A stretch of 64,000 nt of DNA from an uncultured Acidobacteriota bacterium (GCA_963700145.1 OY969474.1:2848001-2912000); one strand, 5' to 3'. Shown: positions 51,226 to 60,707, numbered from the stretch's first letter. Notes: a model not told the origin generated them from the sequence alone. Numbers and translations are program-made.

Positions 51226-52635
51226 TCAGCGCGCGCCGGCCGCGGTGACAAAGGCGGTCACCACGGCGCGCGTCCGCGCCACGCCGCGGTCGAGCTCGGT
51301 CAGCGGGATGCGCTCGTCGGGGCCGTGGATGCCGGCGCTGTCGGCGGGCTCCAGCGCGAAGGGGGAGAAGCCGTAGGTGGGCACGCCGCGCTGGCGCAGG
51401 TAGCGCGAGTCGGTGAAGCCGGGAACGAAGGCGGGGACCACCGGCGCCTCGCGGCCGAGGGTGCGCTCGAGCAGGCGGTAGAGGGGGTTGGCGGTCGGCG
51501 ATGGCGGCGAGGGTGGCGCCGTGAGCAGGACGCGGCTCGCCAGGTCGCCGCCGAGCGCCCGCCGAATCCGCGCCAGGTGGCGGTCGGCCGGCGTGTCGGG
51601 GAGGAGGCGGACGTCGACCTGCGCCCGCGCCCGCTGCGGCGTGACGTTGATCCGCTCGCCGGCCGCGAGCACCGTGACCTGGACGGTGTCGAGGAGGAGG
51701 TTGGCCATGCCGGGCGGCAGACCGGACGGCGGCCCGCCGGCCGCGATCGTCCGCTCGGCGCCGAGCATCGCCGCGCGCAGGCGGTCGTTGTGCAGCGGCG
51801 CCAGCGCGTGGAGGTAGCGGCGCGCGGGCGCGGTCACCCGCCACTCGGGCGGCAGCGCGAGGAGGCGCGCCAGCCCCTGGATCAGCCGGTGGGCGGCGCT
51901 CGCCGGGTTGAGCCCCGAGGCATGGCCGCCGCGGCCGCGCGCCTCGACCTCCAGCCAGAGCGGCCGCTTCTGCGCCACCTCGATCCCCCACCAGAGGAGG
52001 CGGCCGTTGAGCTGCTGGTTGCGCCCCCCCTCGCCGAGCGCCGCCGCGACCCCGGCGAAGAGCTCGGGGTGCGCGGCGAGCAGCCAGCCGGTGCCGCGCC
52101 CGCCGCCGCTCTCCTCGTCCGCCACCGCCAGCAGCACGAGGTCGCGCGCCAGCGGCACCCGCCGGCGCTTGAGGTCCACCATCGCCGCGAGGTGGGCGAT
52201 GCCGAGGCTCTTGTCGTCCACCGCGCCGCGTCCCCAGAGGCGCCCGTCGCGCACCAGGCCGGCGAAGGGGGGCACGCTCCAGCCGGGGCCGGGGGGGACG
52301 GTGTCGAGGTGGTGCAGCAGCAGGAGGGCGCCGGGACGCGGGGCCGTCCCGGGAGCGGCGGCTGCGGCGGGGAGCCGGGCGTACAGGCTGGTGCGCCCGC
52401 CGGGGGCGGTGAGCAGGCGCGCCGCGATCCCTTCGCGGCGGAGGAGACCGGCGAGGTAGGCCGCGGCCCGCCCTTCGCGCCCGGGGGGGTTGCTGGTGTC
52501 GAGCCGCAGGTAGCCCTGGAGCCAGCGCGCCGGCTCGGAGAGCTCCGGCGCCGCGGCGGCCGGCGCCGCGCCGAGCGCCAGGAGCGCGGCGGCAAGGGCC
52601 GCCGGCAGACGGGTGCGGGTCACGCGCGCGAGCAT
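51226..52635 (-). CDS. Exported M20-family metallopeptidase
   Basis: HHLDTVP, GRGAVDDKS, ADEE, EGG, IHGPDE. Confidence 0.9.
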   Translation of the reverse strand: MLARVTRTRLPAALAAALLALGAAPAAAAPELSEPARWLQGYLRLDTSNPPGREGRAAAYLAGLLRREGIAARLLTAPGGRTSLYARLPAAAAAPGTAPRPGALLLLHHLDTVPPGPGWSVPPFAGLVRDGRLWGRGAVDDKSLGIAHLAAMVDLKRRRVPLARDLVLLAVADEESGGGRGTGWLLAAHPELFAGVAAALGEGGRNQQLNGRLLWWGIEVAQKRPLWLEVEARGRGGHASGLNPASAAHRLIQGLARLLALPPEWRVTAPARRYLHALAPLHNDRLRAAMLGAERTIAAGGPPSGLPPGMANLLLDTVQVTVLAAGERINVTPQRARAQVDVRLLPDTPADRHLARIRRALGGDLASRVLLTAPPSPPSPTANPLYRLLERTLGREAPVVPAFVPGFTDSRYLRQRGVPTYGFSPFALEPADSAGIHGPDERIPLTELDRGVARTRAVVTAFVTAAGAR

Positions 52636-52650
52636 GCCGGGGGGCGGCCC

Positions 52651-52686
52651 AAAAGGGAAGGGCGCCGGAGTAAATCCGGCGCCCTC
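52651..52686 (-). terminator. Intrinsic terminator after pilin paralog 1
   Basis: GGGCGCCGGA-ttta-c-TCCGGCGCCC followed by TTCCCTTTT on the minus strand. Confidence 0.7.
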
Positions 52687-52714
52687 GTGCTGCCGTGCCG
52701 CGCGTCGGGAGGAC

Positions 52715-53239
52715 TTACGGCTTCTTGCGCCCTTCCGGCCAGCGGACCATGAAGCCGTCCGCCCAGACGATGTCCTGGTCGTAGTCCGTCGGGTTGAAGT
52801 TGGTGACGGTGTAGGTCGCGCCCTCGGCCTTGGTGTTGCGGCCGAAGCTGCGGATCGCCATCACCTTGGGGGCCAGCGGGTTCGCCGTGTTGAGGTAGAA
52901 CTCGTAGTCGAACTTCCAGCCGTCGAGCTGCGGCACTTCCTGCAGGTAGGTCGAGACGAGCTCGGTCTTGAGGTTGGCGTGCGTGATCTTCTTGTAGTCG
53001 GTGATCGTGACCTGACTCGCCGAGCCCGCCGCCGCGGCGCCGACCTGGTCGGTGAGCCAGGAGAACATCGCCGTGCCGGTGTTGCGCACGTCGGCCACCG
53101 TCCGCTTCTGCTTGGCCTTCTGCAGCGCGTCGAGGAAGTTGGGGATGAGCAGGGCCGCGATGATGCCGATGATCGCGACGACGATCAGCAGCTCGATCAG
53201 CGTGAACCCCCGCTGCCGGTTGCGAAGCCTCTTCAGCAT
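52715..53239 (-). CDS. Type IV pilin / GspG-like, paralog 1 (likely major pilin)
   Basis: RGFTLIELLIVVAIIGII. Strong RBS, own promoter and terminator. Confidence 0.9.
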   Translation of the reverse strand: MLKRLRNRQRGFTLIELLIVVAIIGIIAALLIPNFLDALQKAKQKRTVADVRNTGTAMFSWLTDQVGAAAAGSASQVTITDYKKITHANLKTELVSTYLQEVPQLDGWKFDYEFYLNTANPLAPKVMAIRSFGRNTKAEGATYTVTNFNPTDYDQDIVWADGFMVRWPEGRKKP

Positions 53240-53290
53240 TTTGAGTCCTCCCTCCGTCCGTGGAATTCGGTCTTTGCGAATCCCTTGGAG

Positions 53291-53306
53291 AGCAGGCTTT
53301 GTGCCA
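53291..53306 (-). promoter_or_regulatory. Sigma54 promoter of pilin paralog 1
   Basis: TGGCAC-AAAGC-CTGCT. Confidence 0.7.
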
Positions 53307-53422
53307 GCGGCGCCGCGCGCGTGGAATCAGCGACTTGCCGGGCGTGCGCGGTTGCTGACTGACAAGAATTGACAGATAGCAGAGCGACAAAGTGTCAGCC
53401 GCGGCGGCTGCGGCGCACCGGC

Positions 53423-54847
53423 TCAGCCGACCAGGCGCTCGACGAGCCGGCGGTAGAGCGCCACCCCTTCGACGTAGGCCGGCAGCGAGATCCGCTCGTT
53501 GCCGCCGCCGACGATCAGGGTGTCGGTGACCGGCGTCGGGAAGGGCGAAAAGCCGTAGCTCGGGATGCCGGCGGCGCGGAAGAAGCGGGAGTCGGTGGCA
53601 GTGCGCGGCAGGAAGAGCGGGCCGACGGCGGCGCGCGGATAGGCCGCGCGCACCGTCTCCTCGATCGCGCGCGGCACCGGGTGGTCGAGCGGGCTGCCGT
53701 GTGCCGCCGACCCGTTGTCGTAGAGCTGCACGCGCAGCCCCCAGGTCAGCCAGCGCGGCACCAGCACCTCGCGCGCCGTCGCGACGTCCGAGCCCGGCAG
53801 CAGGTGGAGCTTGAGGAGGAGCTGCCACCCCCCGCCCGGCGCCTCGCGCACCGGGAAGACCACCACTTCGTCGCGCAGCATCGCCTGCAGGAAGTTGGGA
53901 AGGCGGCGGAAGGCGGCGAGGTCGCGCGTCAGCGCCTCCGGCTCGGCGAGGAGGCGGCGCAGCTCGTCGCCGTCGCGGCTCGGGGCGTAGGCGCGGAGGA
54001 GGACCGCCACCTCCGGCGTCAAGCGCAAGTGCTCTTCCGGTTGGCCGCGCGCCCGCAGCTCGCTCGCCAGCTCCTCCAGCGGCTCGCGCGCCGCGGCGCA
54101 GACCCAGAGGTCGAGGAAACGCTTCTGCGCGAGCTCCGTCCCCCAGTACTTGACGTCGCCGGCCTGCCGCACCTCGACCGAGCCGCCTTCGGTGAGCACC
54201 GCCCAGGCGCGGCGCACCAGGTCCGGGTGGCGCGCGATGACCCAGCGGGCGCCGAGCTCGCTGCCGGTCTCCTCGCCGTTGGTGGCGAGGAAGAGCACCG
54301 AGCGGCGGAGCGGGCGGCCGCGTTTCTTGAGCTCCGCCATGGCGAGGAGCTGCGCAACGGTGGTGCTCTTCATGTCGAAGGTGCCGCGGCCGTAGACCCA
54401 GGGCCCCTCGATGTGCGCCGAGAAGGGGGGGAAGAGCCACTCCTCGGAGTAGAACTCCGGCTCGGTGTCGATATGGTTGTGGAGGATGAGCGGGCGAGGG
54501 TCCTGCCCCTCGAGGAGGGCGTAGACGTTGGCGCGGTCGCCGACGAGCTCGAGCGTGGCGGGGATGCCAGCGGTCTGGAGCTGGCGGTGGAGGAAGCGGG
54601 CGCCGGCGACCTGGTCGCCGGTGTCGCTGGTGTTGATCCGCACGTACTCGCGGAGCAGGCGGACCTCGGGGAGCGCGGCGTAGTCCACCCCGCGCCACAG
54701 TCCCGCCGTCCCCAGCGACAGCGGCCGCCGCAGGTAGGCGAACCCCGCCGCGGTGGCGGCGAGCGCCAGCGCCAGGCTGCCGTAGAGCGCGACCCGCGCC
54801 GCCAGCCGCTGGCGCCTCTCGAACGGGGAGTAGCGGCGGCGGCGCAT
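53423..54847 (-). CDS. Membrane-anchored M20-family metallopeptidase
   Basis: N-terminal TM, HNHIDT, GRGTFDMKS, GEE, EGG. The C-terminal His position reads VGGGNE. Confidence 0.85.
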   Translation of the reverse strand: MRRRRYSPFERRQRLAARVALYGSLALALAATAAGFAYLRRPLSLGTAGLWRGVDYAALPEVRLLREYVRINTSDTGDQVAGARFLHRQLQTAGIPATLELVGDRANVYALLEGQDPRPLILHNHIDTEPEFYSEEWLFPPFSAHIEGPWVYGRGTFDMKSTTVAQLLAMAELKKRGRPLRRSVLFLATNGEETGSELGARWVIARHPDLVRRAWAVLTEGGSVEVRQAGDVKYWGTELAQKRFLDLWVCAAAREPLEELASELRARGQPEEHLRLTPEVAVLLRAYAPSRDGDELRRLLAEPEALTRDLAAFRRLPNFLQAMLRDEVVVFPVREAPGGGWQLLLKLHLLPGSDVATAREVLVPRWLTWGLRVQLYDNGSAAHGSPLDHPVPRAIEETVRAAYPRAAVGPLFLPRTATDSRFFRAAGIPSYGFSPFPTPVTDTLIVGGGNERISLPAYVEGVALYRRLVERLVG

Positions 54848-54922
54848 GCGGCGGCAGATCGTATACCTGCGCCTCGGCGGGGGCAGGCGTCCAAAGGCCC
54901 GGGGCGACGGGGATCAGGCGCC

Positions 54923-55185
54923 GGACAAACGGACTGCGGCCGAGGGCAAACGTACTTTCGCCCAGTACGCGCGTACTTTCCCTGAGGGCAAGCGTACTTT
55001 TCGTCGGTACAAGCGTACTTTCGGTTGGTACAAGCGTACCGGCGCCTGGTACAACGTACTTTCCGTTGGTACAAGCGTACCGGCCGTCGGTACAAGCGTA
55101 CTTTTCCTTGGTACAAGCGTACTTTCGTCTAGTACAAGCGTACTGGCGCCTGGTACAGGCGTACCGCGCCCCGGTACTAGACTCG
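54923..55185. repeat. Tandem array: 12-bp core GTACAAGCGTAC plus 9 variable bp, about 12-13 units
   Basis: Units start at 54923, 54944, 54965, 54986, 55007, 55028, 55049 (20 nt), 55069, 55090, 55111, 55132, 55153 and 55174. Confidence 0.92.
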
Positions 55186-55201
55186 TCGCCCGGTTCCCCG
55201 C

Positions 55202-56794
55202 ATGACGGCCGAGCGCCCGCGCCTCCTCGTCCTCCTCGCCGCCGCCCTCCTGGCCGGCGCCGGCTACGCCGCGACCGAGTGGTACCTCCTCGGCGGCGAC
55301 GTCGGCTTCCCGCTCGACGACAGCTGGATCCACCTCCAGTTCGCGCGCAACCTGGCCGCCGGCGACGGGCTCTCCTACAACCCGGGCGAGCCGGTGACCG
55401 GCTCGACGGCGCCGCTCTGGACGGCGCTGCTGTCGCTCGTCTTCCTGCTGCCGGGCGGCACGGCTACGGCCATCTGGGGCGCGAAGCTCCTCGGCTGCGC
55501 GCTTTACCTGGCCGGGGTGCACGCCACCTGGCGCCTGGCCCGCGAGCTGGGGCTCTCGCCAGGCCTGGCGCAGCTCGCGGCGGCGCTGGCGCTCGCCACC
55601 AGCTGGCTCGTCTGGTCGGCGCTTTCGGGGATGGAGGTGCCGCTCTTCGTCCTGCTGTCGGTGTGGGGGATGGTGCTCCACATCCGCGAGCGGCAACGGC
55701 CGGAGCGGCCACCGCTCGCCTTCGCCCTCTTCGGCTTGGCGGCGCTGGCGCGGCCGGAAGCGTTTTTGCTTCTCGCCGCGGCGGCGCTCGATCGGCTGCT
55801 CGTCTTCGACCGCGACGCCGGCGGCGCGCTGCGCTGGCGGCGGCCCGACTGGCGCGGGCTCGCGCTCGGGTTGGGGCTCGCGGCCCTCGCCGTCCTCCCC
55901 GTCCTCGCCTTCTACGCCGCCGCCGGCGGCTCCGTCCTGCCGACGACCTTCGCCGCCAAGGGCGCCGAGGTGCGGCGCTGGCTGCCGGACGCGCGCTACG
56001 TCTACCAGGTGCTGGGCATCCTCTTTCGGCCGCAGCCCTGGGCGGTGCTCTTCGCCGGGGCCGGCGTGGCGGCGCTCGTCGAGCGGCTGGGGACGGCGCG
56101 CGACCGCGGCCTGCTGCCGGCGCTCTGGCTCTTCGGCCTGCCCCTCGCCTACTCGACGATGAGCCCCGCCGGCGCGCACTGGATCGCCGGCAACTTCGGC
56201 CGCTACTACTTCCCGCTCTTCCCGGTCGTCGCGGTGCTCGGCGTGCTGGGGCTGGAGCGCGCCGCGGCGGCGCTCGGCCCGCGCGTGGCCGCCGGGCGAT
56301 TCCGTCTGCCGCTGCGCGCGGCGCTCGCGGCGCTCCTCCTCTGGCCGACCGCCGCAGCCCTCGTCGAGGGGTCGCTCTTCTACGCCCGCAACGTCGCAAA
56401 CGTGCAAGGCAGCGACGTGCGCGTCGCCCGCTGGCTCGCCCCGCGCCTGCCGCCCGAAGCGGTGCTCGCCGTCAACGACATCGGCGCGCTCAAGTTCCTC
56501 CTCCCCAACCGGGTGATCGACCTCGCCGGCATCGCCACCCCCGAAGTGCGCCGCCGGATGAACGCCGCCGCCGCCCGCCACGAGCCCTGGGAGCGCGCCG
56601 TCGCCGACTACCTCGCCGAGCGGCGTCCCGACTACCTGGTGATCTTCCCCGACTGGTTCCCCTACCTCTCCCAAGACCCCCGCTTCAAGGCCGTGGCGGG
56701 TGTGCGCGTCGAGGACAACATCACGATGGGAGGGGACGAGGTGGTGGTCTACGCCACGCCGTGGACCCGGAATCCGCTGCGCGGCCCCTCGTGA
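55202..56794 (+). CDS. Polytopic GT-C-type glycosyltransferase
   Basis: FPLDDSWIHLQFARNL, GSTAPLW, SGME, RPEA, many TM segments. Confidence 0.8.
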   Translation: MTAERPRLLVLLAAALLAGAGYAATEWYLLGGDVGFPLDDSWIHLQFARNLAAGDGLSYNPGEPVTGSTAPLWTALLSLVFLLPGGTATAIWGAKLLGCALYLAGVHATWRLARELGLSPGLAQLAAALALATSWLVWSALSGMEVPLFVLLSVWGMVLHIRERQRPERPPLAFALFGLAALARPEAFLLLAAAALDRLLVFDRDAGGALRWRRPDWRGLALGLGLAALAVLPVLAFYAAAGGSVLPTTFAAKGAEVRRWLPDARYVYQVLGILFRPQPWAVLFAGAGVAALVERLGTARDRGLLPALWLFGLPLAYSTMSPAGAHWIAGNFGRYYFPLFPVVAVLGVLGLERAAAALGPRVAAGRFRLPLRAALAALLLWPTAAALVEGSLFYARNVANVQGSDVRVARWLAPRLPPEAVLAVNDIGALKFLLPNRVIDLAGIATPEVRRRMNAAAARHEPWERAVADYLAERRPDYLVIFPDWFPYLSQDPRFKAVAGVRVEDNITMGGDEVVVYATPWTRNPLRGPS

Positions 56795-56850
56795 CAGCAT
56801 GCCTGCCGCCCAGCGATAGGTCGAATCTCTAGAAGGAAAGCGAGGACTAG

Positions 56851-57834
56851 TTGAAGCCATTCCTGGTTGAGACGATCGGCCTAGTACTGCGATTTTTGAA
56901 TCGTCTCAGTCCGTTCGAGTACGTTCTGCGCCGGTTCAGTAACCTCAACAAGGAAAGCACTGGAGCGCTTACCGAAATTTGGGTGCTTTCCCACTTGCTG
57001 ATCGCTTTCCTCTTCCTCGTGTTGCTCCCGAGTTCCTCGCTGTATATACTTCGTTGGGTCGTGATGACATACGCTGGCGTTCGTATGCTTGAGGTCGTCT
57101 CGTTTCAGGCATATACGCAGCTATACGGTGGCTACCGAAACAAGACCCCACGGCTTCACTATCTGCTTCTCAGCTACCGTCGCAGCATCTTCCTTGCAGT
57201 TATTCTTTACCTGGAAATCATCATCTGGTTTGCAATGCTATATCGCCTCAACACTGCCGCCTTCGTCACGAAAGGCATCGCACTCAGCGATCCCCTGAAG
57301 GCCCTCTACTACAGTACCGTCACTATGACCACTATCGGATACGGCGATGTCTATGCTCAGTCCCGCACAGGCTTCTTACTCGTCACGAGCCAGGCGCTCA
57401 TCGCGATATTCATGACGGTGCTGATCTTCGCCCGAATAGTAACCTACATACCCCGCCCCGCGACGGCCGATCCGATCGAGTGCGAGACGCCTTGCCGGGC
57501 CCCCTGTGAGCCTCAGAGGAGAACCACAATGGCAATTCTCGCGATCTCTACCGGTATCGGCATCACCAAGCAGATGTACGAGTCGCTCCGTCCGGAAGTG
57601 AACTGGGAGGGCGAGCCGGCGCCTGGCGGGCTCCTTCACGTCTGCGCATTCGACGACGCCGGAGACCTTCACGTCGCGGACGTTTGGGAGTCCGTCGAGG
57701 CGATGAACGAGTTCGTACACACCCGCCTCGCCCCGGGAATGCAGAAGCTGGGCATCCCGGTCCCGTCGGTCAGTGTCTTCCCGGTCCACAACGTCAACGT
57801 CTATCTGGCGGCGAAGAAGTATCTGCTGACCTAG
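56851..57834 (+). CDS. Potassium-channel-family protein, in frame with a separate small domain
   Basis: Selectivity filter TMTTIGYGD and TM helices. Lower GC. Confidence 0.75.
   Translation: MKPFLVETIGLVLRFLNRLSPFEYVLRRFSNLNKESTGALTEIWVLSHLLIAFLFLVLLPSSSLYILRWVVMTYAGVRMLEVVSFQAYTQLYGGYRNKTPRLHYLLLSYRRSIFLAVILYLEIIIWFAMLYRLNTAAFVTKGIALSDPLKALYYSTVTMTTIGYGDVYAQSRTGFLLVTSQALIAIFMTVLIFARIVTYIPRPATADPIECETPCRAPCEPQRRTTMAILAISTGIGITKQMYESLRPEVNWEGEPAPGGLLHVCAFDDAGDLHVADVWESVEAMNEFVHTRLAPGMQKLGIPVPSVSVFPVHNVNVYLAAKKYLLT
57529..57834 (+). CDS. Small ABM/dimeric alpha-beta-barrel-like protein (internal start)
   Basis: RBS GAGGAG before ATG 57529. GLLHV...LHVADVWES.EA..F motif. Confidence 0.65.
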   Translation: MAILAISTGIGITKQMYESLRPEVNWEGEPAPGGLLHVCAFDDAGDLHVADVWESVEAMNEFVHTRLAPGMQKLGIPVPSVSVFPVHNVNVYLAAKKYLLT

Positions 57835-57903
57835 GGCGGCTTCTTGACGGCAAGTCGCCTCCCCGTCTGTAATGCGGCGCGGTTGGGACAAGGAGGCTCG
57901 AGG

Positions 57904-58611
57904 ATGCGCGCGAGATCCATCACGCTCTTTGCTCTTCTTCTCGCCGGTTGCGTGTCGGCGCCGCCGGGGACTCCGTTGGTGACCCGGAGGGTTGGCGAAT
58001 CTCCTGAGCTCGATGTCGTCACTCAGCGGGCGGTGGGCGAGGTCATCTACGAGACGTTCAACTACGAGGAATGGCACGGTGCTCGGCTCGCGCAGTCCGT
58101 GGTCATCGACGTCTTGGCGGCCAGCGCCCTCCTGGGGCCGAGCGATCCGCTGATCGCGGTCGTCGAGGGAAGTGAGACCGTCTACTGCACCGCCGCGCCC
58201 GCGCTTAGGGTCGCCGGCCGACCGCCTTCGAGCCGGGTCTGTCTGGCGGATCGGGATGGCGACGAGGCATTTGACACCTGGAGAGCGCCCGAAGGGCCTC
58301 CGGCCCGTCTCAAGTGGGCTCCCCTCAAGAGCGCTGCGCCGTTCTCGACCGGCACCTCGATGGAACGGTCCGGGAAGGGCTTCAAGTACGAGCTGCTCTA
58401 CCAGGGGATCGCCGCGGGCGTCGTGAGCCTTCTCTATCGCGAGTACGTCGACGACCTGGTGCGCCCCGCCTTTCAGCAGGACCTCTCCTACACCCTCTCG
58501 CCGCAAGGCCCCACCGAGATCTCGTTTCGCGGCACGCGGATCGTCATCGAAGCGGCGGACAACAAGGGCATCCGCTACCGCGTCCTAACGGGGCTCTTGC
58601 CCCGGCCCTGA
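57904..58611 (+). CDS. Lipoprotein of unknown function
   Basis: Lipobox LLAGC. FKYELLYQG...YREY.DD..RPAF.Q motif. Confidence 0.75.
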   Translation: MRARSITLFALLLAGCVSAPPGTPLVTRRVGESPELDVVTQRAVGEVIYETFNYEEWHGARLAQSVVIDVLAASALLGPSDPLIAVVEGSETVYCTAAPALRVAGRPPSSRVCLADRDGDEAFDTWRAPEGPPARLKWAPLKSAAPFSTGTSMERSGKGFKYELLYQGIAAGVVSLLYREYVDDLVRPAFQQDLSYTLSPQGPTEISFRGTRIVIEAADNKGIRYRVLTGLLPRP

Positions 58612-58654
58612 AGTCTTGGGTCGTCCGCAGAGCTGTTAGACAGAAGGAGCTTGA

Positions 58655-59419
58655 ATGGATCCAGTATCGTCAGTCTTAGTTGGCCATGCCGCCGGCAAGC
58701 TCTTGGACAGGTTTGGATCCATCTTCCGAACCCATGTCATCGACCGATGGTCACGACGCCGAGCAGAAGAGTTTTTTGCTCAGTTCTGTAAGGAGGTGTC
58801 GCACCAACGTGATGGCGCCACGCCTTACAAACTGGACGAAATTCTAACAAAGATAGTAGAAGATGAGGTTTGTTCAGAGATTCTGTTTGATGCGTATCGA
58901 CGCGTTGCTCTCTCGAGATCAAAAGCACTCGGCCCACGAATCATTGCACTTCTAACGGCGGAGCTCGTAGCTGAGGGGCGCGTTGCAGCCGATCTCGAAG
59001 ATACAATCTTTCTCGCTGCAGAAAATCTCACCGACGATGAGTTGAAAGCCTTCGCAAGGTTCGTTCGTGAGGAGCAAGCGAAGTCCGCCGCTAGCGCCGA
59101 CAAAGGAGAGCGCGGACTGCGAATCAAGTGGTGTGAAGAACAACTCGATTCCAATTGGCCCCGTAAGGACGCCGTTTCTACGGGGCCTCTCGATCTAGAT
59201 GAGTGCCTAGGGAGATGGGCCGGCAAGATGAAGTCTTATGGGATCATTAGGGATGATGTGCAGGAACGCCAGTTCGATTATCAGGAAGACTCAGAGCGAC
59301 ACATTGATGAGCCAGGGACGGTACGCGAGATCAACTGGTGGATTAGCGTTCCGGCGGAGTATTTCAGGCTCGTGGATTTGATCATCCGCGCCGGTGGTGA
59401 CGCAGAGACTACAGCATAA
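58655..59419 (+). CDS. Hypothetical protein in a relic gene cassette
   Basis: Lower GC, RBS AAGGAG. Preceded by GTTAGAC and followed by an attC-like site. Confidence 0.75.
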   Translation: MDPVSSVLVGHAAGKLLDRFGSIFRTHVIDRWSRRRAEEFFAQFCKEVSHQRDGATPYKLDEILTKIVEDEVCSEILFDAYRRVALSRSKALGPRIIALLTAELVAEGRVAADLEDTIFLAAENLTDDELKAFARFVREEQAKSAASADKGERGLRIKWCEEQLDSNWPRKDAVSTGPLDLDECLGRWAGKMKSYGIIRDDVQERQFDYQEDSERHIDEPGTVREINWWISVPAEYFRLVDLIIRAGGDAETTA

Positions 59420-59474
59420 TCCGGTCCCTGCAGCGGACGGCTGGCGCCGCCGCTGAGGGGCAGAGCCGCTGGCC
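59414..59474 (+). mobile_element. Degenerate integron attC site
   Basis: CCCT(G)CAGCGG(A)CGG...CCGCCGCTGAGGG stem with two extrahelical bases. Decayed R boxes GCATAAT and GCTGGCC. Confidence 0.6.
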
Positions 59475-59695
59475 GTCGGGAGTTGAGATTCGGTTGATAC
59501 TCTAGGTAGGCAAGTAGAGGGCGACGTGATCAGGGAATGGAGATGGAACGAACAGAGGGCCGGTGCTGACGGCGTGACTCTCTTTGACAACCGCCCGGCG
59601 TGGTGGTCGGCGAATTGGGCCTCAATCCCGGCGGAGATGCCCGAAGAGCTGCGCGCGACCGTCGCGACCGTGCTCGAGCAAAGGAAAATCCTGCC

Positions 59696-59724
59696 TTGAC
59701 CCGCCGGCTCGGTGGTGTCATTCT
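59696..59724 (+). promoter_or_regulatory. Sigma70-like promoter
   Basis: TTGACC-N17-CATTCT with a TGn extension. Confidence 0.55.
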
Positions 59725-59890
59725 CGACCAGCATCGGGCGTCGACCTGCCGCCCAACCCCGCTCGGCCTCCCCCCGCGAGGCCCTCGGCCGGGGCAAAGG
59801 GGTCTCCAAGCCTCGGGTCGTGTGTTTCGATCTTCGGTCACCGGGCGTGCAGGCGGGGGCTGGCGCCGCGTGTGACGGGAGACGAGACAC

Positions 59891-60667
59891 ATGACCGATC
59901 AGAAGAAACTCAAGCGAGTCGTCCGCGCCCGGTCCGCCAAGACCGGCGAGAGCTATACCGCCGCGCGCCGCCAGGTCCTCGCGGCGCGTTCCAAGTCCAG
60001 CACCTCCACCGCCGATCCCGCACCGGCCAAGAAACCGGCCCTGGTCGCCGCGCCGGCGCCTGCTCCGGCGCCGCCGGCGTCGAAGTCGGGCGCGCTGACC
60101 GACAAGTCGGCGCGCGAGAAGACCGGCCACGGTCTCGACCACTGGTTCGCCGTCCTCGACGCCTTCGGCGCCGCCGAGAAGGGCCACACCGGCGCCGCCG
60201 ATCACCTCTACACCGTGCACGGCGTCCCCGGCTGGCACGCCCAGGGGATCACCGTCGCCTACGAGCGGGCGCGCGGCCTACGCCAGGTCAACCAGTCGTG
60301 CACCGGCAAGTTCCAGGTGTCGGTGTCGAAGACGGTGCCCGTGCCGGTGTCGGAGGTCGTCGCGGCGCTCCGCGACAAGCGGCGGCGGGCGGCCTGGACG
60401 AAGGGCACCGATCCGGCGCTCGTCGCCGCGCTCGAGGCCGCGTTCGCGGGTCCCAAGCCGCGCGAGGTCAAGACCAAGGGGAGCGACTACGCCTGGCTCC
60501 GCTACCCCTGGGACGGCGCGACGGTGGTGATCTACATCTACGGCAAGCCGAAGGGCGCGAGCGTAGTGGCGGACAGCAGCAACCTCCCCGAGCCGGAGCT
60601 GGTCGAGGTGCGCCGCGCGCAGTGGAAGGTCGCCCTCAACGGGCTGCTCCGCCACCTGAGCGGCTAA
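59891..60667 (+). CDS. DUF4287-like protein
   Basis: KRVVRARSAKTGESYTAAR and KTGHGLDHW..LD...H..GWHAQ.ITV.YE motifs. Confidence 0.65.
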   Translation: MTDQKKLKRVVRARSAKTGESYTAARRQVLAARSKSSTSTADPAPAKKPALVAAPAPAPAPPASKSGALTDKSAREKTGHGLDHWFAVLDAFGAAEKGHTGAADHLYTVHGVPGWHAQGITVAYERARGLRQVNQSCTGKFQVSVSKTVPVPVSEVVAALRDKRRRAAWTKGTDPALVAALEAAFAGPKPREVKTKGSDYAWLRYPWDGATVVIYIYGKPKGASVVADSSNLPEPELVEVRRAQWKVALNGLLRHLSG

Positions 60668-60707
60668 GGCGCGAGTTGATCGGAGCCCGGCGCGAAAGCC
60701 TTCGCGC

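Noticed and set aside
54923-55185. CRISPR array
   Set aside because: The 12-bp repeat and 9-bp spacer are far too short, the linkers resemble each other, and no cas genes are in the window.
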